Source of the DNA: Candidatus Dormiibacterota bacterium
Lineage (GTDB): Bacteria > Chloroflexota > Dormibacteria > Aeolococcales > Aeolococcaceae
Direction: 5' to 3'
Assembly: GCA_963751755.1 (NCBI GenBank)
Contig: CAVVVH010000001.1
Coordinates: 35,140 to 99,139, forward strand
Length of the DNA stretch: 64,000 nucleotides
This document shows, piece after piece, positions 28,962-37,674 of the stretch. The notes under the pieces were generated by a model. That model was not told the DNA's origin, searched no databases, and saw only the letters and a program-made list of their open reading frames with translations. Both the position numbers and the translations under genes were made by a program. The stretch's first letter is position 1. Every line of letters starts with the position of its first letter.

Positions 28962-29510
28962 ATGGCGCGCATCGACGAGCTGGTCGGAGAGCTCGAGGGG
29001 CTCTCCGACCCGGCGACTCGGGCGCGCGTCGAGGAGTTGATCGGCGCCGTCCTCGAGCTGCACGGCGACGCCCTGCACCGCATGCTCGACGCGGTCTCGG
29101 ACCAACCGGACGGCGGCGCCGCGCTCTTCGCCGAGTTCGCCGCCGACGAGCTGGTGCGCAGCGTGCTGCTCGTCCACGACCTGCACCCGATCTCGCTCGC
29201 CGACCGCGTCGAGCAGGCGCTGGAGTCGGTGCGGCCGATCATGCACGGCCACAAGGGTGACGTCGAGCTGCTCGGCATCGAGGACGAGGTGGTGCGCCTG
29301 CGCCTGGTGGGCAGCTGCGAGGGGTGTCCCTCGTCGGAGCTGACCATGAAGGCCGCGGTCGAGAAGGCGCTCTACGAGGCGGCGCCGGAGATCGCCGGCA
29401 TCGAGGTCGAGGGGATGAGCCCGCCGCCACCAGGGCCGCCGACCATCGAGTGCCTGGTCCCGCTGCAGATGGCATCGCCGCGTGCGGGCGCGGCCGCCGG
29501 GTCGCGGTGA
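28962..29510 (+). CDS. NifU-C/Nfu-like accessory protein (HhaA-type)
   Basis: 182 aa. LVGSCEGCPSSELTMK is the Nfu CxxC scaffold motif. Lies immediately downstream of hhyL. Confidence 0.75.
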   Translation: MARIDELVGELEGLSDPATRARVEELIGAVLELHGDALHRMLDAVSDQPDGGAALFAEFAADELVRSVLLVHDLHPISLADRVEQALESVRPIMHGHKGDVELLGIEDEVVRLRLVGSCEGCPSSELTMKAAVEKALYEAAPEIAGIEVEGMSPPPPGPPTIECLVPLQMASPRAGAAAGSR

Positions 29511-29516
29511 CAGAGG

Positions 29517-30161
29517 ATGGGCCAGCAGACTGAGCCGTCGCTGGAGTCTCTGCGGCGGTTCGTGAAGGAACGCGAGCCGGCGGAGCGGTGCGAGCTGTGC
29601 GCCGCCGGGATCGCCCCGCACCCGCAGCACGAGCACCTGCTCGACCCGGCCGAACGCCAGCTGATGTGCAGCTGCACACCGTGTGCGCTGCTCTTCCCCG
29701 TCGAGGCGCAGAAGCGCTTCCGGCGCGTGCCGCGCCGTCTCTGGTCGCTGACGGACTTCACGATGACCGACGCGATGTGGGACTCGCTGGCCATCCCCGT
29801 CAACATGGCGTTCCTGCTCACCAGCGCTCCCTCCGGCGACCTGCACGCCTACTACCCGAGCCCGGCGGGCGCGACCGAGTCGCTGCTGACGCTGGAGGGC
29901 TGGTCGGAGCTGCTCGAGGCCAACGGAGCCCTGACCTCATTGCTGCCGGACGTGGAGGCGCTGCTCATCAACCGCGTCGGCGAGCGCCGCGACTACTTCA
30001 TCGCGCCCATCGATCGCTGCTACGAGCTCGTCGGGCTGCTGCGCGTGTACTGGCGGGGGCTGTCCGGAGGCACGGAGGTGTGGGAGCGCGTCGGGCTCTT
30101 CTTCGACGAGCTGCGCACCAGCGCGCGCGCCAAACCGGCCCAGGGGCTGGTCCGTGCCTGA
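29517..30161 (+). CDS. Cys-rich hydrogenase-associated protein of unknown function (DUF5947-like)
   Basis: 214 aa. N-terminal CELCAAGI...HEHLLD...MCSCTPCALLF gives 5 Cys and several His, suggesting a metal site. Confidence 0.7.
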   Translation: MGQQTEPSLESLRRFVKEREPAERCELCAAGIAPHPQHEHLLDPAERQLMCSCTPCALLFPVEAQKRFRRVPRRLWSLTDFTMTDAMWDSLAIPVNMAFLLTSAPSGDLHAYYPSPAGATESLLTLEGWSELLEANGALTSLLPDVEALLINRVGERRDYFIAPIDRCYELVGLLRVYWRGLSGGTEVWERVGLFFDELRTSARAKPAQGLVRA

Positions 30162-30801
30162 TCTCGACTTCACGGTCAACTCGGCCACCGCCGTGGACGG
30201 TTCGCTGACCCCGTTGCTCGAGTTCGAGCTGGGCATCGAGGAGGTGGACGGTCGCGACATCGACACCGTCGCGCTCAGCTGCCAGATCATGATCGAGGCG
30301 GTGCGACGCCCCTACGCGGCCCGCGAACAGGAGGCGCTCCTCGACCTGTTCGGCACGCCCGAGCGCTGGGGCACCTCGCTGAAGACGATGCTGTGGACGC
30401 ACGCCGCCATGGTGGTTCCCGGCTTCGAGGGTCACACGGCGGTGAAGCTCGCCGTGCCCACCAGCTTCGACCTCAGCCTGGCGGCCACCAAGTACTTCTT
30501 CGCGCTCGAGGACGGTGAGGTGCCGCTGACCTTCCAGTTCAGCGGCACCGTCTTCTACCGCGACGCGCACGCGGCGCTGATGACCGAGCGCATCTCCTGG
30601 ACCAAGGAGGCGCGCTTCCGGCTGCCCGTCGCCTTGTGGCGCGACCTCATGGATCGCCACTACCCGGACGGGGCCTGGCTCTGCCTGCGCCGCGACGTCT
30701 TCGATCGCCTCTACCGGTACAAGTCGCGCCGGGCTGTGCCCACGTGGGAGACGGTCATCGACGAGCTGCTCGAGAACGCCGGCAGCGAGGTACTCCCGTG
30801 A
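30154..30801 (+). CDS. hydrogenase-associated protein of unknown function (DUF6084-like)
   Basis: 215 aa. GTG start 8 nt inside the upstream gene. No recognisable motif. Confidence 0.65.
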   Translation: MPDLDFTVNSATAVDGSLTPLLEFELGIEEVDGRDIDTVALSCQIMIEAVRRPYAAREQEALLDLFGTPERWGTSLKTMLWTHAAMVVPGFEGHTAVKLAVPTSFDLSLAATKYFFALEDGEVPLTFQFSGTVFYRDAHAALMTERISWTKEARFRLPVALWRDLMDRHYPDGAWLCLRRDVFDRLYRYKSRRAVPTWETVIDELLENAGSEVLP

Positions 30802-31955
30802 ACCGCGAGCAGGTCGACCGCATCGTCGCCGCCACGCTGTACGAGGGGTACATCCTCTACCCGTACCGGCCCAGCTCGGTGAAGAACCAGGTGCGCTGGA
30901 CATTCGGCGGCGTCTACCCGCGCGAGTACAGCGAGGCCGTCGGTGGCGCGGAGCCGTGGATCGCCGCCACCGAGTGCCTGCTGCGCGGAGGAGATGACGC
31001 CAGGGTCGAGGTGACGGTGCGCTTCCTCCACGTGGTCAACCGCACCGCCGCGCGTCTCGACGACCCGTCGCCCGAACCACCTGACGGCACCGCCGCGCTG
31101 CGCTTGGTCGACGCCTTCGACCTTGACGGCCGGGTGCACCGCACCTGGGAGGAGGCCGCCGAGCGCCGGCTCGACGCGGGCGTCTGCACGATCGCATCGC
31201 TGCTGCAGGAGCCACGCCACCTGGCGCTGACCGTCGAGGCCGGCGAGGACGTGGAGTGGCTGCGCCGCGCTGATGGGCTCGTCGCCGGCGCGCTGCTGCG
31301 CGCGCACCGGCCGCTGACCGTGTCCGTCGACGTCTCCGCTGAGCGGGTGGGCGTGGACATCGCCCGCGTGCGCGTCTCTGTGACCAACGTGACGCCCGTC
31401 ACGGTGGCTGAGGTGGCCGACCGCGATGTGGCACTGCGCCACGCCCTGCTCTCGACGCATGTCGTTCTCGGCGTCGAGGACGGCGGCTGGCTGTCGCTCG
31501 CCGACCCGCCAAGTGATGCCGCGGAGGCCGCGGCCTCGTGCGTCAACACCGGCCCGTCAGCCGTCAGCGCAGGCGACTTCACGTCGCCGGAGCTGACACC
31601 GCTGAGCCGGGGGGTGCCCGAGGGGGGAACGCAGTTCCCCCTTCGCCTGTGGCCGATCCTAGTCGGTGAGCCGGGTTCCGACGACACCATCCTGGCCTCG
31701 CCGATCATCCTCGAGGACCACCCGCAGCTCGCCCCCGAGTCCGCCGGAGAGCTGTTCGACTCCACCGAGATCGACGAGATCCTCTCGCTGCGCATCCTCA
31801 CCCTGACCGATGACGAGAAGGCCGAGATGCGCGGCGCCGACGAGCGGGCTCGCGCCATCCTCGACCGCACCGAGTCACTCACCCAGGACGACTTCATGCG
31901 CATGCACGGGGCGCTGCGGCCGGCGGCTCCGCGGATCGGGAGCGGCGATGACTGA
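30798..31955 (+). CDS. hydrogenase-associated protein of unknown function (385 aa)
   Basis: GTG 30798 overlaps the upstream stop (GTGA). The protein-like part of ORF 30636-31955 begins VNREQVDRIVAATLYEGYILYPYRPSS. Confidence 0.65.
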   Translation: MNREQVDRIVAATLYEGYILYPYRPSSVKNQVRWTFGGVYPREYSEAVGGAEPWIAATECLLRGGDDARVEVTVRFLHVVNRTAARLDDPSPEPPDGTAALRLVDAFDLDGRVHRTWEEAAERRLDAGVCTIASLLQEPRHLALTVEAGEDVEWLRRADGLVAGALLRAHRPLTVSVDVSAERVGVDIARVRVSVTNVTPVTVAEVADRDVALRHALLSTHVVLGVEDGGWLSLADPPSDAAEAAASCVNTGPSAVSAGDFTSPELTPLSRGVPEGGTQFPLRLWPILVGEPGSDDTILASPIILEDHPQLAPESAGELFDSTEIDEILSLRILTLTDDEKAEMRGADERARAILDRTESLTQDDFMRMHGALRPAAPRIGSGDD

Positions 31956-32280
31956 GCACAACCCGTGGGCGGCGATGGGCGACGATCCCTTCGCGGAGCG
32001 CCCGGCGCGTGAGTCGGTGCGCTGGAGCGACGGCACCCTGCACATCGGCGACCGCGTCCGGCTGGCGCCGAAGGGCAACGCCGACGCGCTCGACATCGTG
32101 CTGCGCGGACGCATCGCCACCATCGAGTCGATCGAGCAGGACTACGAGGACGTCGTGTACCTGGCCGTCACCATCGATGACGATCCCGGCGCCGACCTCG
32201 GCTTGCTCCGCCAGCCCGGCCATCGCTTCTTCTACACCCTGAACGACGTCGAGCCGGTGCCGCTCGGGGAGGGGACATGA
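31948..32280 (+). CDS. hydrogenase-associated small protein of unknown function (110 aa)
   Basis: ATG 31948 overlaps the upstream gene's end by 8 nt, and its stop overlaps the hupD start (ATGA). Confidence 0.6.
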   Translation: MTEHNPWAAMGDDPFAERPARESVRWSDGTLHIGDRVRLAPKGNADALDIVLRGRIATIESIEQDYEDVVYLAVTIDDDPGADLGLLRQPGHRFFYTLNDVEPVPLGEGT

Positions 32281-32849
32281 CAGCGCGTCTGCTCGTCGCG
32301 GGCATCGGCAACATCTTCCTCGGCGATGACGGATTCGGCGTCGCGGTGGCACAGGAGCTGCTTCGTCGCGGGTCGCTCGCCGGTGACGAGGTCACCGTCG
32401 GCGACTACGGCATCCGCGGCTACGACCTCGCCTACGAGATCCTCGAGGGCTACGAGACCGTCGTGCTCATCGACGCCACCCAGCGCGGCGATGCCCCCGG
32501 CACCGTCTACGTCATCGAGGCCGACCCGGACGCCGGTCTGCCGGATGTGGGCGCCGATCCGGACCACGGGCAGGGAGCGTTCCAGGGTCACCTGATGACG
32601 CCGGCGGCCGTGTTCCACCTGGTCCGGACCATGGGCGGCAGGATGGGGCGCGTGCTCGTGGTGGGGTGTGAGCCGGAGACCTTCGGCCCCGAGAACATCG
32701 GTCAGATGGAGCTGAGCGCTGTCGTCGCGGCCGCTGTGCCCCCCGCGGTGGACACAGTCGAGCGCGTGGTTCGCGAATCGCTCCAGGCCATGGCAATCCC
32801 TGCGGCAGCCGCCGCGTCGGATCCACTGGAACAGGGGGTACCGGTATGA
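32277..32849 (+). CDS. hupD: hydrogenase maturation endopeptidase
   Basis: 190 aa with LVAGIGNIFLGDDGFGV...VVLIDA..., the HybD/HupD family motifs. Confidence 0.85.
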   Translation: MTARLLVAGIGNIFLGDDGFGVAVAQELLRRGSLAGDEVTVGDYGIRGYDLAYEILEGYETVVLIDATQRGDAPGTVYVIEADPDAGLPDVGADPDHGQGAFQGHLMTPAAVFHLVRTMGGRMGRVLVVGCEPETFGPENIGQMELSAVVAAAVPPAVDTVERVVRESLQAMAIPAAAAASDPLEQGVPV

Positions 32850-32953
32850 CATGGTGGGCATGGGTTCTCATCGCCATCGGTGTCGTGATCGTGCTTGGTC
32901 TGCTGCTGTCGATGGGCGATCTCCGTCGCTACATCCGGATGCGCACGATGTGA
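32846..32953 (+). CDS. unannotated 35-aa single-TM micropeptide
   Basis: MTWWAWVLIAIGVVIVLGLLLSMGDLRRYIRMRTM. The ATG overlaps the hupD stop (ATGA). The C-terminal motif is shared with ORF 33332-33430. Not in the ORF track. Confidence 0.6.
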   Translation: MTWWAWVLIAIGVVIVLGLLLSMGDLRRYIRMRTM

Positions 32954-32959
32954 TTCGCC

Positions 32960-33298
32960 ATGCATGAGATGGGCCTGGCCCAGGCCATCCTCGACACCGC
33001 GCTCGACATCGCCGGCGACCGCCCGGTGCGTCGCGTCGCGGTCTCGGCCGGCGAGCAGCAGGCCGTGAGCGTGGAGTCGCTGTCGTTCAGCTTCGAGCTG
33101 ATCACCGCCGGCACCAGCGCGTCGGGAGCGACCCTCGACGTGCGCCAGGCGGCGGGCGACCGCCTTCTCGTCGACGAGGTGGAGGTCGGCGGTGATGTAC
33201 CCGAGGTGCTGCGACGCAGCGACGCCGAGGTGGTGGAACCCCCTCACGGACATGCACATGACACGGGTGACCAACCGGTGCACCCGGCGTGGTTGTGA
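32960..33298 (+). CDS. hypA: HypA-like nickel metallochaperone lacking the zinc-ribbon Cys motifs
   Basis: 112 aa. N-terminal MHE Ni-binding motif and a HypA-like core (VSVESLSFSFELITAGT.ASGA.L). There is no cysteine at all. The C-terminal tail is His-rich (PPHGHAHD). Confidence 0.7.
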   Translation: MHEMGLAQAILDTALDIAGDRPVRRVAVSAGEQQAVSVESLSFSFELITAGTSASGATLDVRQAAGDRLLVDEVEVGGDVPEVLRRSDAEVVEPPHGHAHDTGDQPVHPAWL

Positions 33299-33331
33299 AC
33301 GACCAGCAGACAACACAGCGGAGGTGAAGTG

Positions 33332-33430
33332 ATGAAGAAGCTGCTCTTGGTGGCAGTGGTGGCAGTGGCCGGGGCGGCGGCGCTTGGCGGCAAGGACCTG
33401 AAGCGGTACCTGCGCATGCGGTCGATGTAG
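33332..33430 (+). CDS. unannotated 32-aa single-TM micropeptide (paralogue of 32846-32953)
   Basis: MKKLLLVAVVAVAGAAALGGKDLKRYLRMRSM. GGAGGTG RBS 5 nt upstream. Lies between hypA and hypF. Not in the ORF track. Confidence 0.6.
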   Translation: MKKLLLVAVVAVAGAAALGGKDLKRYLRMRSM

Positions 33431-33455
33431 CGAGGCGGATGACCGGGGCAGCCTG

Positions 33456-35833
33456 GTGACCATGACAGCGCCGAGCGCGCGCGAGGTGAGCCCGCTCGCC
33501 GGCGAGGCCCGCGAGCGCCGCCGCTACACCGTGCACGGCGTCGTGCAGGGCGTGGGGTTCCGGCCGTACGTGTGGACGCTGGCGCACCGCCACGAGCTCG
33601 CCGGGTCGGTGCGCAACACCTCGGGCGCGGTGCTCATCGAGGTCGAGGGCTCCAGCGCGCAGCTCGACAGGTTCGACGCCGAGCTCGCCGCCCTGGCGCC
33701 GCCGCTGGCACGCGTCGACTCCGTCAGCGTGGCCGTATTGGCCGCGCGAGACGACGCCGCGTTCGTCATCCTCGAGAGCAGCGCGGTCGACGGCGCCTAC
33801 CAGCCGATCTGTGCCGACGCTGCGACCTGCACCGACTGCCTGCTGGAGATGTTCGACCCGGCCGACCGTCGCCATCGCTACCCGTTCATCAACTGCACGA
33901 ACTGCGGACCGCGCTTCACGATCATCGAGGACGTGCCGTACGACCGCGCGCTGACCACGATGCGCGATTTCGCGATGTGCGCGCCGTGCGCCGCCGAGTA
34001 CGCCGATCCCTCGGACCGGCGCTTCCACGCCCAGCCGAACGCGTGCCCGGACTGCGGTCCGCGGGCGTGGCTGACCGACCCGGCCGGCGTCGAGCACCCG
34101 GGAGACGGCCTTGCCGCCGCCGCCGCCGCGCTGCGGCATGGCTCGATCGTCGCGGTGAAGGGTCTGGGTGGGTTCCAGCTGGCGGTCCTTGCCGCACGAC
34201 GCAGCGGCGGTGCGCCGGCTCCGCGTCCGCAAGCATCGCCCGGACAAGCCGTTCGCGGTCATGGCGGCAGACGTCGACGCGGTGCGGAGGTTCGCGCTCG
34301 TCGACGGTGCGGAGGCGCGCGCGCTGTCGAGCGCCGCCCGGCCGATCGTGCTGCTGCGGCGGCGGCCCGGCGTGGGCGATGAGGTGATCGCCACCGCCGT
34401 CGCGCCCGCGCTCGACGAGGTCGGGGTGATGCTGCCGAGCACGCCGCTGCACCACCTCCTGCTCGACCTGGTCGGCGCGCCTCTGGTGATGACCAGCGGG
34501 AACGTCAGCGACGAGCCGATCGCCAAGGACAACGACGAGGCATTGTCCCGGCTCGGCGCCATCGCCGACGCCTTCGTGCTCCATGACCGCGACATCTACG
34601 CGCGCTACGACGACTCCGTGGTGCGCGTGGTCGACGGCCAGGAGCACCTGGTGCGCAGCGCGCGCGCGGCTACTGCCCACTGCCTGTGGAGGTGGGCGCC
34701 GACCCCGCCACTCCGCCGCTGCTGGCACTGGGAGCGCACCTCAAGAACACGTTCTGCATCCTGCGAGATGGCCGCGCGTTCGTCGGGCCGCACATCGGCG
34801 ACCTGGACCATCCGCAGAGCCTCAGCCACCAGGACGAGGCACTGACCACCTACCTGCGCCTGTTCCGCGACCGCGCCGGCAGCGGTGGCCGCCGATCTGC
34901 ACCCCGATTACGCGTCCACGCACATCGCCGAGCGCTGGTGGGAGGACGGGGCTGCGGCGGTGCGCGTCCAGCATCACCACGCCCACATCGCCAGCGTGAT
35001 GGCCGAGCACCACCTGCGTGGCAGGGTCATCGGCGTTGCCTTCGATGGCACCGGCTTCGGCGAGGACGGCACCATCTGGGGTGGCGAGTTCCTTCTCTGC
35101 GACGAGACCGGCTACGAGCGCGCCGGGCACCTGGCACCGGTGGTGCAGCCCGGCGGCGACCGCTGCGCCCGCGAGGGGTGGCGGATGGCGATCGCCTACC
35201 TGCAGGCGGCGGGATTGGACAGCGACGAGATCCCCGCGTGGTTCCCTGCCGGCGAGGGCTCGCCGGACGATCGTCGCTGGCGCCTGGTCGGCCGACTCGC
35301 CGCCGCGGGGGATTCCCCGGCCGCGCCGATCAGCACCAGCGCCGGCCGCCTCTTCGACGCCGTCGCCAGCGTGCTGGGCATTGCCCACAGCTCCAGCTTC
35401 GAGGCGTCGGCGGCGATGCGACTGGAGGCGCTGGCCCGGACGGCGACCGGACCGGTGACGCAGATACCCGTGCAGCGGACCGGCATCCCGTTGGTGCTGG
35501 ACACGCCGTCGCTGGTCGCCACGCTCGTCGAGCGGCATCGGGCGGGCGTGGGACGCGGCGGAGCTGGCCGCGGTTTTCCACGAGAGCCTGGCCGCGGCGG
35601 TGGCGTCGGCGTGCGCCGAGCTCGCCGGCACCACCGGCGTGACCCGGGTGGCCCTCAGCGGCGGCGTCTTCCAGAACGCGCTGCTCCTCGCACGCACGTC
35701 CGCGCTGCTCCGCGAGCGGAGGCTCAGCGTGTACGTCAACCACGCGGTGCCCGCCAACGACGGCGGCGTCAGCCTGGGGCAGGCGTTCGTGGCCGCCTCC
35801 CGGCTGGCCCTGCGTTCGCGGGGGCGCGCATGA
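33456..35833 (+). pseudogene. hypF: carbamoyltransferase HypF (frame disrupted)
   Basis: Acylphosphatase domain (VHGVVQGVGFRPYV), two zinc fingers (CTDCLLEM...CTNCGPRF; CAPCAAEY...CPDCGPR), then YrdC-like and Kae1-like parts. Pieces lie in ORFs 33456-34382, 34168-34845, 34686-35642, 34885-36462 and 35600-35833, so at least 4 frame changes are needed. Confidence 0.85.
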
Positions 35834-36462
35834 TGGCGACGATGAACAGCCCGGTGGCGGCGACAGACACCGACCTTGCGTTCCTGCGCGACGGGGTCAA
35901 CGCGCGCTGCGCCGCGGGCGAGGCGTACTTCGCGGCGGTGGCCCGGGACCTCGCCGAGTGTGCCGCAGCGATGGCTGACCGCTTCTTCGCCGGCGCCACG
36001 CTGTTGGTGTTCGGATCCGGCGCCGGGGCGACCGACGCCCAGCACAACTCGGTGGAGTACGTGCACCCCGTGCTGCCGGGATGCCGCGCGCTCCCAGCGC
36101 TGTCGCTGACCAACGACGTCAGCACGGTGACCGGCATTCTCGGCGGCGGCGACGCGCTCGACGTCTACGCTCACCAGCTGCGCATCCTCGGCCGCACCGG
36201 CGACATCGCCCTCGCCTTTCTCACCTCACCCGAGGACGGCGCGTCGCTGCGCGGCCTGCAGACGGCGTCCGACGACGGGATGCTCGCCATCGCGCTGAGC
36301 ACCGGCGAGCGTGCGAGCGGCGCCGCGGCCGCGCACATGTTCCACGTCGACAGCGATGACCCGCTGGTGGCACAGGAGCTGCACCTGGCGACGTACCACA
36401 TGCTCTGGGAGCTTGTGCACATCGTGCTCAACCATCGTGGCATCGCGGAGGTGCCGGCATGA
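35830..36462 (+). CDS. SIS-domain (GmhA-like) protein, divergent copy
   Basis: MMATMNS... is the last 211 codons of ORF 34885-36462. FGSGAGATDAQHNSVEYVHP resembles the GmhA GNGGSAADAQH motif, but the STSGNS motif is degenerate (LTSPEDG). The ATG overlaps the hypF stop. Confidence 0.65.
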   Translation: MMATMNSPVAATDTDLAFLRDGVNARCAAGEAYFAAVARDLAECAAAMADRFFAGATLLVFGSGAGATDAQHNSVEYVHPVLPGCRALPALSLTNDVSTVTGILGGGDALDVYAHQLRILGRTGDIALAFLTSPEDGASLRGLQTASDDGMLAIALSTGERASGAAAAHMFHVDSDDPLVAQELHLATYHMLWELVHIVLNHRGIAEVPA

Positions 36463-36686
36463 GCGAGAACGTGTGCCACGACGAGGTCTGCATCACGTGT
36501 TCCGACCAGCTGCTCGAGGTGGTGGTCACCGCGGTGAGCGAGGACGGCCGCACGGCGCAGGCGACGTGCGACGGGGCTGCGTGCGAGGTGTCCGTCGACC
36601 TGCTCGACGACGTCGTCACCGGCGACCACCTGCTCGCCCACGGCGGCGTGGCCCTGCAGCGCGGCACGCTGGAGGTGGCGCGATGA
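36459..36686 (+). CDS. HypC/HupF-like OB-fold protein with atypical Cys-rich N-terminus
   Basis: 75 aa. Begins MSENVCHDEVCITCSD instead of the canonical MC start, and ends with the HypC-like ...VVTGDHLLAHGGVAL. ATGA overlaps on both sides. Confidence 0.6.
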   Translation: MSENVCHDEVCITCSDQLLEVVVTAVSEDGRTAQATCDGAACEVSVDLLDDVVTGDHLLAHGGVALQRGTLEVAR

Positions 36687-37360
36687 GCAGGGGCAACGAC
36701 CCATTCTCGCGGCTGCTCTATCCGATGCTGACCCAGCAGCCGTCCGTGGACGCGGCGGTGGTGACCGAGCTTGCTCGTGCGCCGCTGCAGAAGTCCGCCG
36801 AGAGCAACGCGCTGCGCCGCCGAGCTCTTCGAGGAGCTCAGCTGCGGAGGTGGCCGCCTGCGCACGGGCCATCTCCAGCGCGGTGGCCGCGGGCGGCCGG
36901 GTGCTCGCCGCCGGCAACGGCGGCAGCGCGACGTCCGCGGCCGACATGGTGTCCGAGCTGCTCAAGCCCGGCGGGCTCGCGTCCCCCGATCGCCGCGCTG
37001 AACCTCACCGCGGACATCGCCGTGGTCACCGCGATCGGCAACGACGTCAGCTACGACGACGTGTTCGTCCGTCAGCTGCTCGCCCTCGGCCGCCCCGGGG
37101 ACGTGCTCGTGGCCATCTCGACCAGTGGCAACTCCGAGAACCTGGTGCGCGCCGTCCGCGAGGCCAGGCGGCTGCGCATGCTCACCGTCGGCATCGCCGG
37201 CCACGACGGCGGCCGCATGCGCGCCGACGGCACGCTCGATCACCTCTTCACCGTCCCCTCGTCAAGCGTCCACCGCATCCAGGAGGTGCAGACCACGCTG
37301 TACCACCTCCTCTTCGAGCTGGTGCAGCGACATCTCACGGAGGTCCCGGCATGTGCCTAG
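36683..37360 (+). pseudogene. SIS-domain (GmhA-like) protein, canonical copy (frame disrupted)
   Basis: GNGGSATSAADMVSEL, VLVAISTSGNSENLVRAV and GIAGHDGG. Pieces are in ORFs 36311-37360 and 36850-37674, so at least 2 frame changes are needed (about 36830 and 36985). Confidence 0.7.
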
Positions 37361-37674
37361 CCATCCCCGCCAAGCTGGTGGAATACGTCGACGACGAGCG
37401 CCAGTACGGCAAGGTGGAGCTGGGCGGTGTTCGTCGCCAGGTCAACACCTCGCTGCTGGTCGGTGAGGACAGGGCCGAGCCAGGCGACTACGTGCTCGTG
37501 CACGTGGGCTTCGCGCTCAGCGCGATCAGCGAGGCCGAGGCCAACGAGACGCTGCGCATCCTCGAGGAGATGGGCCCGGCATACACCGACGAGCTGGAGC
37601 AGATCCGCCAGTCGGAGGCGATGGAGCTCGAGCTCGTCGGGCCCGACTACCGCAAGCAGGTGACCGAGATATGA
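37351..37674 (+). CDS. hypC: hydrogenase assembly chaperone HypC
   Basis: [20 protein letters not shown]...[13 protein letters not shown], with the canonical N-terminal Cys2. Confidence 0.85.
   Translation: MCLAIPAKLVEYVDDERQYGKVELGGVRRQVNTSLLVGEDRAEPGDYVLVHVGFALSAISEAEANETLRILEEMGPAYTDELEQIRQSEAMELELVGPDYRKQVTEI

Noticed and set aside
34822-36174. 450-aa minus-strand ORF
   Set aside because: It is antisense to hypF and the SIS gene, is Arg/Ala/Gly-rich, and has no motifs.
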